Positions 24,860-36,519 of a DNA stretch of 64,000 nt are shown here, in pieces; position 1 is the first letter of the stretch; each line of letters starts with the position of its first letter. Both the position numbers and the translations under genes were made by a program. The stretch covers positions 11,813,654-11,877,653 of the forward strand of contig CM082577.2 in NCBI GenBank assembly GCA_040954595.2, written 5' to 3'. The notes under the pieces are model-generated. The model ran no database searches. It saw only the letters and a program-made list of their open reading frames with translations, and was not told where the DNA came from. Source of the DNA: Balanoglossus misakiensis (Eukaryota; Animalia; Hemichordata).

Positions 24860-25170
24860 AAACTTAGAACTCGCATTGCTGTGTCTTTCTTCTCCCAATA
24901 ACTTAAAAGATAATTTTAATAAGTCCTACGGTCAGAGAGCTTTTTCGGTATGTGCCCTTTGCTGTGGAATATTGCACTGCCTTCAGAAATTCGTTGTGCC
25001 AGAAATACTTCTTCTTTTAAACGTTGTTTGAAGACCCATCTTTTTAACAAGTTTTACTCGTAATTGTAGTAGTTGTTTTTGTATCTTTTTAATACTTGTG
25101 TTCAGCGCACTGAGACGTTGTGGAGTGCGTTTTTAAGAATTAAATATTATTATTATTATTATTATTATTG
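24860..25170 (+). mobile_element. 3' end of an L2/CR1-group LINE with a 3' stem-loop and (ATT)n tail
   Basis: YGQRAFSVCA..WN.LPSEIRCARNTSSFKRCLKTHLF*, then gcgcact..agtgcgt and ATT repeats. Confidence 0.75.
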
Positions 25171-25425
25171 TTGTTGATACGCGGCACATTGATCAGAGTG
25201 GATAATGGATCCGGGTACAACAACATCTTCGATGATCGGTAGTAGTGTCGCTGCATCACGCCTTTCCACCGTCTGCATGAAGCCAATCGCGGGTTGATAA
25301 AACCGGTCCACCATTCTGAACGCACCCTTCTCTCTTGTGTCGGGGATTGTCCGAGATAATGCTTGCACTTGTGGCAAAACAGACTTTCATCAATCTTAAT
25401 CACAGTGCCCGGGCCGCCTATATGG
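25170..25425 (-). mobile_element. Merlin (ISXO2/IS1595-like) transposase fragment; copies at ~28895-29140 and ~32352-32435
   Basis: IGGPGTVIKIDESLF..K, then FMQTVERRDAATLLPIIEDVVVPGSIIHSDQCAAY. Confidence 0.8.
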
Positions 25426-25728
25426 AAGTTTTCACTATGTTTCCGGGCACAAAATGGAACACTCGGCAGTTAAGTATACCAAATGTGAACATTTGCTGAC
25501 TGACCGGTTTCTTAATTGCCAAGAAACAGCTAGCCATCTATGTGCTCCTTATCCTTTTTTATTGATCTGGTTTTCTGGCTGTTCAGTGATTTTAGCCCGT
25601 GATTTCAATGTTTGATTGAGACGAGAAAAGCTGAACGAAAGCCCTACATAGTCCTGGTCAACATCGTCTCGCCAACCTTTAACCTTATACAGCCTTACAT
25701 GTCCAGATGGCTGCCTTCGACAGCAGAA

Positions 25729-25960
25729 CTATGTTCGTCTGCTGCCCATAATCTGACCCGGTTCTTCATTAAACTGGCAGGTCTTCCTTCCTCGACCGCT
25801 TATCCTATTAATGTCTGAAAACTCCATCTTTAAATACTTCATTTTCCGTGTGCATTGGTCTGGGCTACGAAAACCCTGCTTAGACAAACGCTGTGAGATA
25901 TTAATGATGTATGCAATTCTATCTCTCGATGTTCTGTCAAATTTTTGACGTCTTCGTTCC
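25729..25960 (-). pseudogene. Myb/SANT-like (trihelix) DNA-binding fragment of the Harbinger accessory-protein type; copies in the other units
   Basis: ISQRLSKQGFRSPDQCTRKMKYLKMEF..NRISGRGRKTCQF.E....IMG.R. Confidence 0.7.
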
Positions 25961-26214
25961 AAATCGCTAGAAGACACTTGAAGGAGACACCAGTTCGATG
26001 ATTGCTGGGACTGGTTCTGTGTGGTCCTGTACATGTCCAAAATCAACAGTTTCTATAATCTCAGTTCTATTAGAGAGAAGGAAAAACTTGAATAGACAAG
26101 TAATAAATACATTTCACATATCAAATTATTCCAATTCAACAATAATACGGATGCCTGTGGGTATGACATCTTGTTGTCAGCAAAGCCCTGAAGTTTCCAA
26201 CATGCCAGATTAAT

Positions 26215-26400
26215 TGATGGTTGATATTGTTCTCTTCTATAAATGCCCTCTTGTACTTTTGCTGACATGTTAGGAGTCATATGTCCTGCTGGAATCTGGT
26301 GAGTCGGAAAGTTTGTTTTGATGAATGGTAGTAAATGTGTCTCCAGTATCTTCTGGTAAAATTCGCTATTTATAATGCCTGTAAAGATGCAGATTGCTAA
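26215..26400 (-). mobile_element. Tc1/mariner (DDE_3) transposase fragment; copies at ~29935-30120 and ~33225-33410
   Basis: AICIFTGIINSEFYQKILETHLLPFIK..FP. The 29935 copy has IFTGIMDSKFYQKILE and an FQQD..P.H-like motif. Confidence 0.7.
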
Positions 26401-26824
26401 TTAGCCCCTCTCTTGAAAATTTGCCGCCAACAAATAGACTGTTGTGAAAGCTGATTGCTCACCTTTAATAGAGTTATAAAGGATACTAGTCGAAGGTTTC
26501 GGTTAAGTTTGTAGATCTCTTGGAGTTTGTAGATAAAGCGTGTTGCTCGTCTCTGCTCCTCGAAGGTAGTAAGAGAAAACCATATTCGCCCAAAAGGGTG
26601 GGTATGTTCGATGACGTCATTGTGGGTCTTGTGCAGATCCACAACAAGACCAACGAAAGGAAACTGCAACAACATACAATATGAGTACTTGCAGCCACAA
26701 TAGTACTGATATGTCAGCAATTTTCATACTGATGATTATTTTCACGGAGATGTGAATTATTACTTATCTTTTGTTAAAATACTTTTTTCCACCTACATGT
26801 ACCTATGATTCTGTTTACTTTTTC

Positions 26825-27500
26825 TTCTGGAAAACCCCTCTTCTCTGAGCCCGTTGTTTTGATGTGAACGGTCTTTGCCCCGATGTGTTCAAGTGTGTGG
26901 TTACCATGCATGTCGAATCGCAGGGGTGTTTCATCCATATTGTAGATGGTAGTTTAGCTCTGTGTGGCAGGGCTGTGTTGTTACGGCGAGCCCTCCACCC
27001 TCCACCCATCCACTGTGGGTGGAGGGCTCGCCGTAACAACACAGCCCTGCCACACAGAGCTAGTGGTAGTTGTGCATCTCTCGGAGTTGTATGATGTATC
27101 TGTGGAAATGCTGTCATCTTTTCCTCGAAATCTTTCGGTAGTTTCTGACCGATAGATGTCTTCCCGCGCTTTGACAGTCCGTGGCGACGCTTGAAACTCT
27201 GCAGCCAGCCGTCAGACGCCTTGAATCGGTACCGTTCGTAGCGCCTGACGCTGGAGCTGCTTCCCGGTGACACCATTGCCATTCTTCCGATGAGTGTCGA
27301 CCCACTTCAGCAGTTGATCATCCAGGGTGACGTCTTTCACTGGTCTGCCAGCTCCCTGCATTCGCTTCGCGGCTTTGGACGTGATGGCCAGTTGGTCTTT
27401 TTTCTTGAGCCAGTCTCTAACCCATTTTTTTCACTGATGCCAAAATGGTCAGCAATCTTCCTGTTGCTACCAAACTCGCCTGTTCAATTGTTCTTTCCGA
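26825..27500 (-). mobile_element. pogo/Tigger transposase fragment (CENP-B HTH to start of DDE_1), interrupted by a palindromic MITE; copies at ~30385-31060 and ~33835-33975
   Basis: FKASDGWLQSFKRRHGLSKRGKTSIGQKLP; NYHLSDIYNMDETPLRFDMP..TLEHIGAKTVHIKTTGSEKRGF. Confidence 0.85.
26955..27062. mobile_element. 108-bp palindromic MITE (46-bp perfect arms, TAG...CTA), AcademH-like
   Basis: Arms at 26955-27000 and 27017-27062, flanked by ggtagtt and gtggtagtt. Confidence 0.75.
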
Positions 27501-27654
27501 CGGGTCGGCATAATTAAGTTGAGTGTTGATGAAACAAAGAGAAATGGCGAAAGAGGATTTGGCGATTGATTATTATAATTTATAACAGGTTCTCAATGTC
27601 TTCAATGTTGTATGAAGGTCCCATATGTTGCCTTCAATAGTACTGCTGGCTTTA

Positions 27655-28167
27655 ATAGTACTGCCTTTATGATATATTTCATTAGGTACAGCTGTTTGCC
27701 TTCTTTTGTAATCCTCTCAGTTTTAGTTGGTCCCTGTGTGATTTTTTCCAGGAGAGTTACCTAATAGATGGAGAATGTACCAGTACAGTTAAATAACATA
27801 AGCAGATTTGCTGGTGAAGTTTAATGATAAAAACGCCATTGTTGTCGTGTTGGAAATTTAAAAACAGAGCAAAGAGCTTCATACTGATCAGTATAGTATG
27901 AAGTATTGGTAATAGTACTGCCTTTATGATATATTTCATTAGGTACAGCTGTTTGCCTTCTTTTGTAATCCTCTCAGTTTTAGTTGGTCCCTGTGTGATT
28001 TTTTCCAGGAGAGTTACCTAATAGATGAGAATGTACCGGTACAGTTAAATAACATAAGCAGATTTGCTGGTGAAGTTTAATGATAAAAACGCCATTGTTG
28101 TCACGTTGGAAATTTAAAAACAGAGCAAAGAGCTTCATACTGATCAGTATGGTATGAAGTATTGGTC
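27655..28167. repeat. 257-bp tandem repeat, 2 copies (3 copies at ~31215-31985, 1 diverged copy at ~35520-35775)
   Basis: Period of 257 bp (ORFs 31316 and 31573). The unit spans a CR1-like 3' region and part of an OB-fold-like exon. Confidence 0.85.
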
Positions 28168-28700
28168 TTCAAAACACAGGTATTTTACAAATTTCCTTTG
28201 GGCACTCTCTAACGTTGATATGCGAGACTTAATTTGCCATGGATTCCACACAAAAGAACAATATTCAAGACCATTTCTTGCAATAGATAAGTAAAGTGTT
28301 CCTAAAGTCCACCCTTGATTAAAATTTTGGAATTGCTTTTTAAAAACCCCAGGATATATTGCTAGACATGCTGAGACTTGATTGGAGAATAACTCCCAAA
28401 TCTTTGACCTGGTTTAATTACCCCTTTTAAGGAAGGAATATGCAATACAGTAATTAAAATTAATGAAAGATTTCTTGTTGGTAATAATAATAGAGAAACA
28501 TTTTTGAACATTCAAATCAAGTTTCCTCACCAAATCTCGACTCTGTTAATGTCATCTTGGAGTTTTAAACATTCTGATCATTTGTTAATGTGTCTAAAGA
28601 TTTGTGCATCATCTGCATACCGGTATAACAGACATTTAGAATTTGAACAAATCACAAATGTTTGGTAAATCATATAATTATGTAATTAGTATACTTACTG
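28160..28700 (-). mobile_element. CR1/Jockey-group reverse transcriptase C-terminal fragment; copies at ~31980-32350 and ~35770-36310
   Basis: DLPN...NSKCLLYA(D/G)DAQIFRHI....CLKLQDDINRV..W; NAFRMLGFLK. Confidence 0.7.
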
Positions 28701-30513
28701 GCTGGTCAATGTTTCTTTGTGATTTTATATCCTGTATTGACAATACTTGAATTGATGGAGGAAGAGCGCGAGTAAACGGCAATGCCCTGTCAATGGGTTT
28801 GATGTAACTCAGGTCTGAATGTCCCCCTGTCAAAATCAAAATCGTTGTGGAGTGCGTTTTTAAGAATTAAATGTTATTATTATTATTATTATAATTGTTG
28901 ATACGCGGCACATTGATCAGAGTGGATAATGGATCCGGGTACAACAACATCTTCGATGATCGGTAGTAGTGTCGCTGCATCACGCCTTTCCACCATCTGC
29001 ATGAAGCCAATCGCGGGTTGATAAAACCGGTCCACCATTCCGAACGTACCCTTCTCTCTTGTGTCGGGGATTGTCCGAGATAATGCTTGTGGCAAAACAG
29101 ACTTTCATCAATCTTAATCACAGTGCCCGGGCCGCCTATATGGAAGTTTTCACTATGTTTCCGGGCACAAAATGGAACACTCAGCAGTTAAGTATACCAA
29201 ATGTGAACATTTGCTGACTGACCGGTTTCTTAATTGCCAAGAAACGGCTAGCCATCTTTGTGCTCCTTATCCTTTTTTATTGATCTGGTTTTCTGGCTGT
29301 TCAGTGATTTTAGCCCGTGATTTCAATGTTTGATTGAAACAAGAAAAGCTGAACGAAAGCCCTACATAGTCCTGGCCAACGTCGTCTCGCCAACCTTTAA
29401 CCTTATACAGCCTTACATGTCCAGATGGCTGCCTTCGACAGCAGAACTATGTTCGTCTGCTGCCCATAATCTGACCCGGTTTTTCACAAAACTGGCAGGT
29501 CTTCCTTCCTCGACCGCTTATCCTATTAATGTCTGAAAACTCCATCTTTAAATACTTCATTTTCCGTTTGCATTGGTCTGGGCTACGAAAACCCTGCTTA
29601 GACAAACGCTGTGAGATATTAATGATGTATGCAATTCTATCTCTCGATGTTCTGTCAAATTTTTGACGTCTTCGTTCCAAATCGCTAGAAGACACTTGAA
29701 GGAGACACCAGTTCGAGGATTGCTGGGACTGGTTCTGTGTGGTCCTGTACATGTCCAAAATCAACAGTTTCTATAATCTCAGTTCTATTAGAGAGAAGGA
29801 AAAACTTGAATAGACAAGTAATAAATACATTTCACATATCAAATTATTCCAATTCAACAATAATACGGATGCCTGTGGGTATGACATCTTGTTGTCAGCA
29901 AAGCCCTGAAGTTTCCAACATGCCAGATTAATTGATGGTTGACATTGTTCTCTTCCATAAATGCCCTGGTACTTTTACTGACATGTCATGGGTCGATGTC
30001 CTGCTGGAATCTGTGGGATGTCGGGACGTGTGTTTTCAATTGATGAATGGTAGTAGATGTGTCTCCAGTATCTTCTGGTAAAATTTGCTGTCCATTATGC
30101 CTGTAAAGATGCAGATTGCTAATTAGCCCGTCTCTTGAAAAAGCCGATTGCTCACCTTTAGAGTTATAAAGGATACTAGTCGAAGGTTTCGGTTAAGTTT
30201 GTAGATCTCTTGGAGTTTGTAGATAAAGCGTGTTGCTCGTCTCTGCTCCTCGAAGGTAGTAAGAGAAAACCATATTCGCCCAAAAGGGTGGGTAGGTTCG
30301 ATGACGTCATTGTGGGTCGTGTGCAGATCCACAACAAGACCAACGAAAGGAAACTGCAACAACATGATTCTGTTTACTTTTTCTTCTGGAAAACCCCTCT
30401 TCTCTGAGCCCGTTGTTTTGATGTGAACGGTCTTTGCCCCGATGTGTTCAAGTGTGTGGTTACAAGGCATGTCGAATCGCAGGGGTGTTTCATCCATATT
30501 GTAGATGGTAGTT

Positions 30514-30621
30514 TAGCTCTGTGTGGCAGGGCTGTGTTGTTACGGCAAGCCCTCCACCCTCCACCCATCCACTGTGGGTGGAGGGCTCGCCATAACAACA
30601 CAGCCCTGCCACACAGAGCTA
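30514..30621. mobile_element. Second copy of the 108-bp palindromic MITE, carried by the segmental duplication
   Basis: Same sequence and flanks, with two substitutions. Confidence 0.75.
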
Positions 30622-33600
30622 GTGGTAGTTGTGCATCTCTCGGAGTTGTATGATGTATCTGTGGAAATGCTGTCATCTTTTCCTCGAAATCTTTCGGTAG
30701 TTTCTGACCGATAGATGTCTTCCCGCGCTTTGACAGTCCGTGGCGACGCTTGAAACTCTGCAGCCAGCCGTCAGACGCCTTGAATCGGTACCGTTCGTAG
30801 CGCCTGACGCTGGAGCTGCTTCCCGGTGACACCATTGCCATTCTTCCGATGAGTGTCGACCCACTTCAGCAGTTGATCATCCAGGGTGACGTCTTTCACT
30901 GGTCTGCCAGCTCCCTGCATTCGCTTCGCGGCTTTGGACGTGATGGCCAGTTGGTCTTTTTTCTTGAGCCAGTCTCTAACCCATTTTTTTCACTGATGCC
31001 AAAATGGTCAGCAGTCTTCCTGTTGCTACCAAACTCGCCTGTTCGATTGTTCTTTCCGACGGGTCGGCATAATTAAGTTGAGTGTTGATGAAACAAAGAG
31101 AAATGGCGAAAGAGGATTTGGCGATTGATTATTATAATTTATAACAGGTTCTCAATGTCTTCAATGTTGTATGAAGGTCCCATATGTTGCCTTCAATAGT
31201 ACTGCTGGCTTTAATAGTACTGCCTTTATGATATATTTCATTAGGTACAGCTGTTTGCCTTCTTTTGTAATCCTCTCAGTTTTAGTTGGTCCCTGTGTGA
31301 TTTTTTCCAGGAGAGTTACCTAATAGATGGAGAATGTACCAGTACAGTTAAATAACATAAGCAGATTTGCTGGTGAAGTTTAATGATAAAAACGCCATTG
31401 TTGTCGCGTTGGAAATTTAAAAACAGAGCAAAGAGCTTCATACTGATCAGTATAGTATGAAGTATTGGTAATAGTACTGCCTTTATGATATATTTCATTA
31501 GGTACAGCTGTTTGCCTTCTTTTGTAATCCTCTCAGTTTTAGTTGGTCCCTGTGTGATTTTTTCCAGGAGAGTTACCTAATAGATGGAGAATGTACCGGT
31601 ACAGTTAAATAACATAAGCAGATTTGCTGGTGAAGTTTAATGATAAAAACGCCATTGTTGTCGCGTTGGAAATTTAAAAACAGAGCAAAGAGCTTCATAC
31701 TGATCAGTATAGTATGAAGTATTGGTAATAGTACTGCCTTTATGATATATTTCATTAGGTACAGCTGTTTGCCTTCTTTTGTAATCCTCTCAGTTTTAGT
31801 TGGTCCCTGTGTGATTTTTTCCAGGAGAGTTAACTAATAGATAGAGAATGTACCGGTACAGTTAAATAACATAAGCAGATTTGCTGGTGAAGTTTAATGA
31901 TAAAAACGCCATTGTTGTCGCGTTGGAAATTTAAAAACAGAGCAAAGAGCTTCATACTGATCAGTATAGTATGAAGTATTGGTCTTCAAAACACAGGTAT
32001 TTTACAAATTTCCTTTGGACACTCTCTAACGTTGATATGCGAGACTTAATTTGCCATGGATTCCACACAACAGAACAATATTCCCACACAACAGAACAAT
32101 ATTCAAGACCACTTCTTGCAAGAGATAAGTAAAGTGTTCCTAAAGTCCACCCTTGATTAAAATTTTGGAATTGCTTTTTAAAAACCCCAACATTCTAAAA
32201 GCATTAATAACAATGCAGGATATATTGCTAGACATGCTGAGACTTGATTGGAGAATAACTCCCAAATCTTTGACCTGGTTTAATTACCCCTTTTAAGGAA
32301 GGAATATGCAATACAGTAATTAAAATTAATGAAAGATTTCTTGTTGGTAATTGTCGGGGATTGTCCGAGATAATGCTTGCACTTGTGGCAAAACAGACTT
32401 TCATCAATCTTAATCACAGTGCCCGGGCCGCCTATATGGAAGTTTTCACTATGTTTCCGGGCACAAAATGGAACACTCGGCAGTTAAGTATACCAAATGT
32501 GAACATTTGCTGACTGACCGGTTTCTTAATTGCCAAGAAACAGCTAGCCATCTATGTGCTCCTTATCCTTTTTTATTGATCTGGTTTTCTGGCTGTTCAG
32601 TGATTTTAGCCCGTGATTTCAATGTTTGATTGAGACGAGAAAAGCTGAACGAAAGCCCTACATAGTCCTGGCCAACATCGTCTCGCCAACCTTTAACCTT
32701 ATACAGCCTTACATGTCCAGATGGCTGCCTTCGACAGCAGAACTATGTTCGTCTGCTGCCCATAATCTGACCCGGTTCTTCATTAAACTGGCAGGTCTTC
32801 CTTCCTCGACCGCTTATCCTATTAATGTCTGAAAACTCCATCTTTAAATACTTCATTTTCCGTGTGCATTGGTCTGGGCTACGAAAACCCTGCTTAGACA
32901 AACGCTGTGAGATAATGCTGTACGCAATTCTATCTCTCGATGTTCTGTCAAATTTCTGACGTCTTCGTTCCAAATCGCTAGAAGACACTTGAAGGAGACA
33001 CCAGTTCGATGATTGCTGGGACTGGTTCTGTGTGGTCCTGTACATGTCCAAAATCAACAGTTTCTATAATCTCAGTTCTATTAGAGAGAAGGAAAAACTT
33101 GAATAGACAAGTAATAAATACATTTCACATATCAAATTATTCCAATTCAACAATAATACGGATGCCTGTGGGTATGACATCTTGTTGTCAGCAAAGCCCT
33201 GAAGTTTCCAACATGCCAGATTAATTGATGGTTGATATTGTTCTCTTCTATAAATGCCCTCTTGTACTTTTGCTGACATGTTAGGAGTCATATGTCCTGC
33301 TGGAATCTGGTGAGTCGGAAAGTTTGTTTTGATGAATGGTAGTAAATGTGTCTCCAGTATCTTCTGGTAAAATTCGCTATTTATAATGCCTGTAAAGATG
33401 CAGATTGCTAATTAGCCCCTCTCTTGAAAATTTGCCGCCAACAAATAGACTGTTGTGAAAGCTGATTGCTCACCTTTAATAGAGTTATAAAGGATACTAG
33501 TCGAAGGTTTCGGTTAAGTTTGTAGATCTCTTGGAGTTTGTAGATAAAGCGTGTTGCTCGTCTCTGCTCCTCGAAGGTAGTAAGAGAAAACCATATTCGC

Positions 33601-35289
33601 CCAAAAGGGTGGGTAGGTTCGATGACGTCATTGTGGGTCGTGTGCAGATCCACAACAAGACCAACGAAAGGAAATTGCAACAACGTACAATATGAGTACT
33701 TGCAGCCACAATAGTACTGATATGTCAGCAATTTTCATACTGATGATTATTTTCACAGAGATGTGAACTATTACTTATCTTTTGTTAAAATACTTTTTTC
33801 CACCTACATGTACCTATGATTCTGTTTACTTTTTCTTCTGGAAACCCCTCTTCTCTGAGCCCGTTGTTTTGATGTGAACGGTCTTTGCCCCGATGTGTTC
33901 AAGTGTGTGGTTACAAGGCATGTCGAATCGCAGGGGTGTTTCATCCATGTTGTAGATGTCTGACAGGTGGTAGTTTAGGGGTACGCATCAGCACCAAGCA
34001 CCAGTAAGAAGATTCAAGATGCACTTAAAGGACACTAATAGATACAACACTTGAAGGAGACATGATGATTGTAATGCATTTTGATAATTTATTGACACTG
34101 AAAGTATAGTACAAAAACAAGTAAATACAAAAAAAAATACACATGAAATGAAATGAATGATGAATATAATTACTAACAAGAAAACAGACATATGAAGTTA
34201 CATAAAAGTTACATATTGTCCACGACCCACTGTAAAGTGCCTTCCAACTTGGCGAGATTACAGGTGTCTTTCAAAATACTAAAATTATCAACTAAAAACT
34301 GAAGGATAAAATTGACAGAATCTTCATCTAAAGCTAAAACTGCACAATGCTTCTCGTGCTGTTGTGGCTGCTGATATTTGAATAGGAGCATGTCAGCTGG
34401 GTTGGTCATCCTTCACAAAGGTGAAGGCTGACATGTTCTCACATACTCGTCCAGCTCACTGCTCCTCTTCAGGGCCATCAACTTTTTCTCTATTCTTGTA
34501 GTTTCCTGTTGCCGACTCTTCTCGCTTCTCTTTTTCTTCCTCTTCGAAGTTCTTGTTTCTAACCCTGAGAAAATATAGTAGGATAGTGGGTGAAATATAA
34601 AGATTTAGTTACAAAAAAGAAAAATGTGGTTAGTATTCCTTGCCTATATAGCCTCAGCATTATTATTGCTGATAAAATCCACTAAAATTGAAAAATGTGT
34701 TCAAAGATTGTACAGTTTCAAAGCTATAGTGTCTCCTGAAAAACACATTAGCCTACATTTGGTCCATCATTTGCGCTGAGTTTAGTCGTGTTATTCCTTA
34801 CATGCGATCATGTCGCAACCACCGAGACTACAAGTTTATAAAATTTGCTACATGTACTTGTGCCAGGCTACCACAATCATCCGATTTCAATTTATTTCTT
34901 ACTAACTTATGACAATGATATAATCGCTTGGAGGGGAGACCTCATCTTCATTCTAGTTCTCTTCAAAGACACGCTCCTAGATAATTCGGCTTTAATACTG
35001 TTAGCAGTGGTCGCGTACTTCTTCCATTTTGTTAGTTTTATTTTGCACATGTGGCGCAAGATCTGTCTAGATTTTTCGCTATGACTCCTCCGCTAGATGT
35101 AGCCCCGGTGGTCGCCATTTTGTTATTGGATCCAGGGTGCACCGCTTGATTAGTCGAAGTTACATTTGAAAGAACTGACTAAATAAGCCAGTGAGCGAGG
35201 AGGAAAGAAGGAAAAACTGCTTCGAAAACTCTCATCACCATCATTACATTACACTCCCCACTCAGCTGTATGAGCTGATGACAGAATCG

Positions 35290-35430
35290 TCACATTTCTC
35301 TCTTGTTTTGCCACTTTAAAGCCAGCACGTTTCCTCTCCGCCGCCATATTACCTTTCCTTGTTTCAAGGTCCTCTTCAAGGCTTTGAGCATTTCCTTGTG
35401 GTTCCCACGGACAGTACCCGGCACAGTGAC
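35290..35430 (-). mobile_element. piggyBac transposase fragment
   Basis: GTVRGNHKEMLKALKRTLKQGKVIWRRRGNVLALKWQNKREM (GTVRxNR..KWxDKR motif). Confidence 0.75.
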
Positions 35431-35434
35431 TGTA

Positions 35435-35630
35435 TCAAATGATTTTGTGGTTGCATATTGGAATTTGTGAGAACTACCTGACTTCAATGTGGTATGCAAA
35501 TCCCATATGTTTCCTTCAATAGTACTCCTTTTATCTGCAATGATGAACTTCGTGAGGGAAAGCTGTTTACCTTCTTTTGTGTTACTTTCTGTTTTTGATG
35601 GTCCCTGTATGATTGTTTTCCAGGTGAGTT
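35435..35630 (-). pseudogene. OB-fold (RPA/SSB-like) exon fragment
   Basis: IIQGPSKTESNTKEGKQLSLTKFIIADKRSTIEGNIWDLHTTLKSGSSHKFQYATTKSF. Confidence 0.5.
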
Positions 35631-36519
35631 ACCTAATAGATGGAGAATGTACAGTTAAATAACATAAGCAGATTTGCTGGTGAAGTTTAATGATAAAAAC
35701 GCCATTGTTGTCACGCTGGAAATTTAAAAACAGAGCAAAGAGCTTCATACTGATCAGCATGGTATGAAGTATTGGTCTTCAAAACACAGGTATTTTACAA
35801 ATTTCCTTTGGACACTCTCTAACGTTGATATGCGAGACTTAATTTGCCATGGATTCCACACAAAAGAACAAAATTCAAGACCACTTCTTGCAATAGATAA
35901 GTAAAGTGTTCCTAAAGTCCACCCTTGATTAAAATTTTGGAATTGCTTTTTAAAAACCCCAACATTCTAAAAGCATTAAAAAGCAATGTAGGATATATTG
36001 CTAGACATGCTGAGACTTGATTGGAGAATAACTCCCAAATCTTTGACCTGGTTTATTTACCCCTTTTAAGGAAGGAATCTGCAATACAGTAATTAAAATT
36101 AATGAAAGATTTCTTGTTGGTAATAGAAATAGAGAAACATTTTTGAACATTCAAATCAAGTTTCCTCCCCAAACCTTGACTCGGTTAATGTCATCTTGGA
36201 GTTTTAAACATTCTGATCATTTGTTAATGTGTCTAAAGATTTGTGCATCACCTGCATATAACAGACATTTAGAATTTGGACAACTGTTTGGTAAATCATA
36301 TGTAATTAGTATACTTACTGGCTGGTCAATGTTTGTTTGTGATTTGATCTCCTGTATTGACAATACTTCAATCGATATGGGAAGAGTGTGAGTAAACGGC
36401 AATGCGCTGTCAATGGGTTTGATGTAACTCAGGTTTGAATGGCAATGTCCTCCTGTCAAAATCAAAATAATTTTAAAAAGTCACTAATGCGAACAAACAC
36501 TAGTGTTTTGACAATACTG

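Larger units (their letters stand above)
25116..33975. repeat. Tandem segmental duplication: units at ~25116-28842, 28843-32351 and 32352-33975 (partial), with further partial copies at ~22860-23215 and ~35480-36470
   Basis: The same ORFs recur with offsets of ~3.3-3.7 kb (e.g. 25612/29330/32626, 26815/30374). Confidence 0.9.

Noticed and set aside
25165-25425. Bacterial IS1595 or contamination
   Set aside because: Embedded among eukaryotic TEs; Merlin is the eukaryotic member of this family.
27655-31985. Repeats as a CRISPR-like array
   Set aside because: The 257-bp units have no unique spacers, there are no cas genes, and the context is eukaryotic.
22989-32832. Repeated plus-strand 68-aa ORFs (MIETRKAERK...) and similar short plus-strand ORFs
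   Set aside because: They recur only because of the segmental duplication and are partly antisense shadows of minus-strand fragments.
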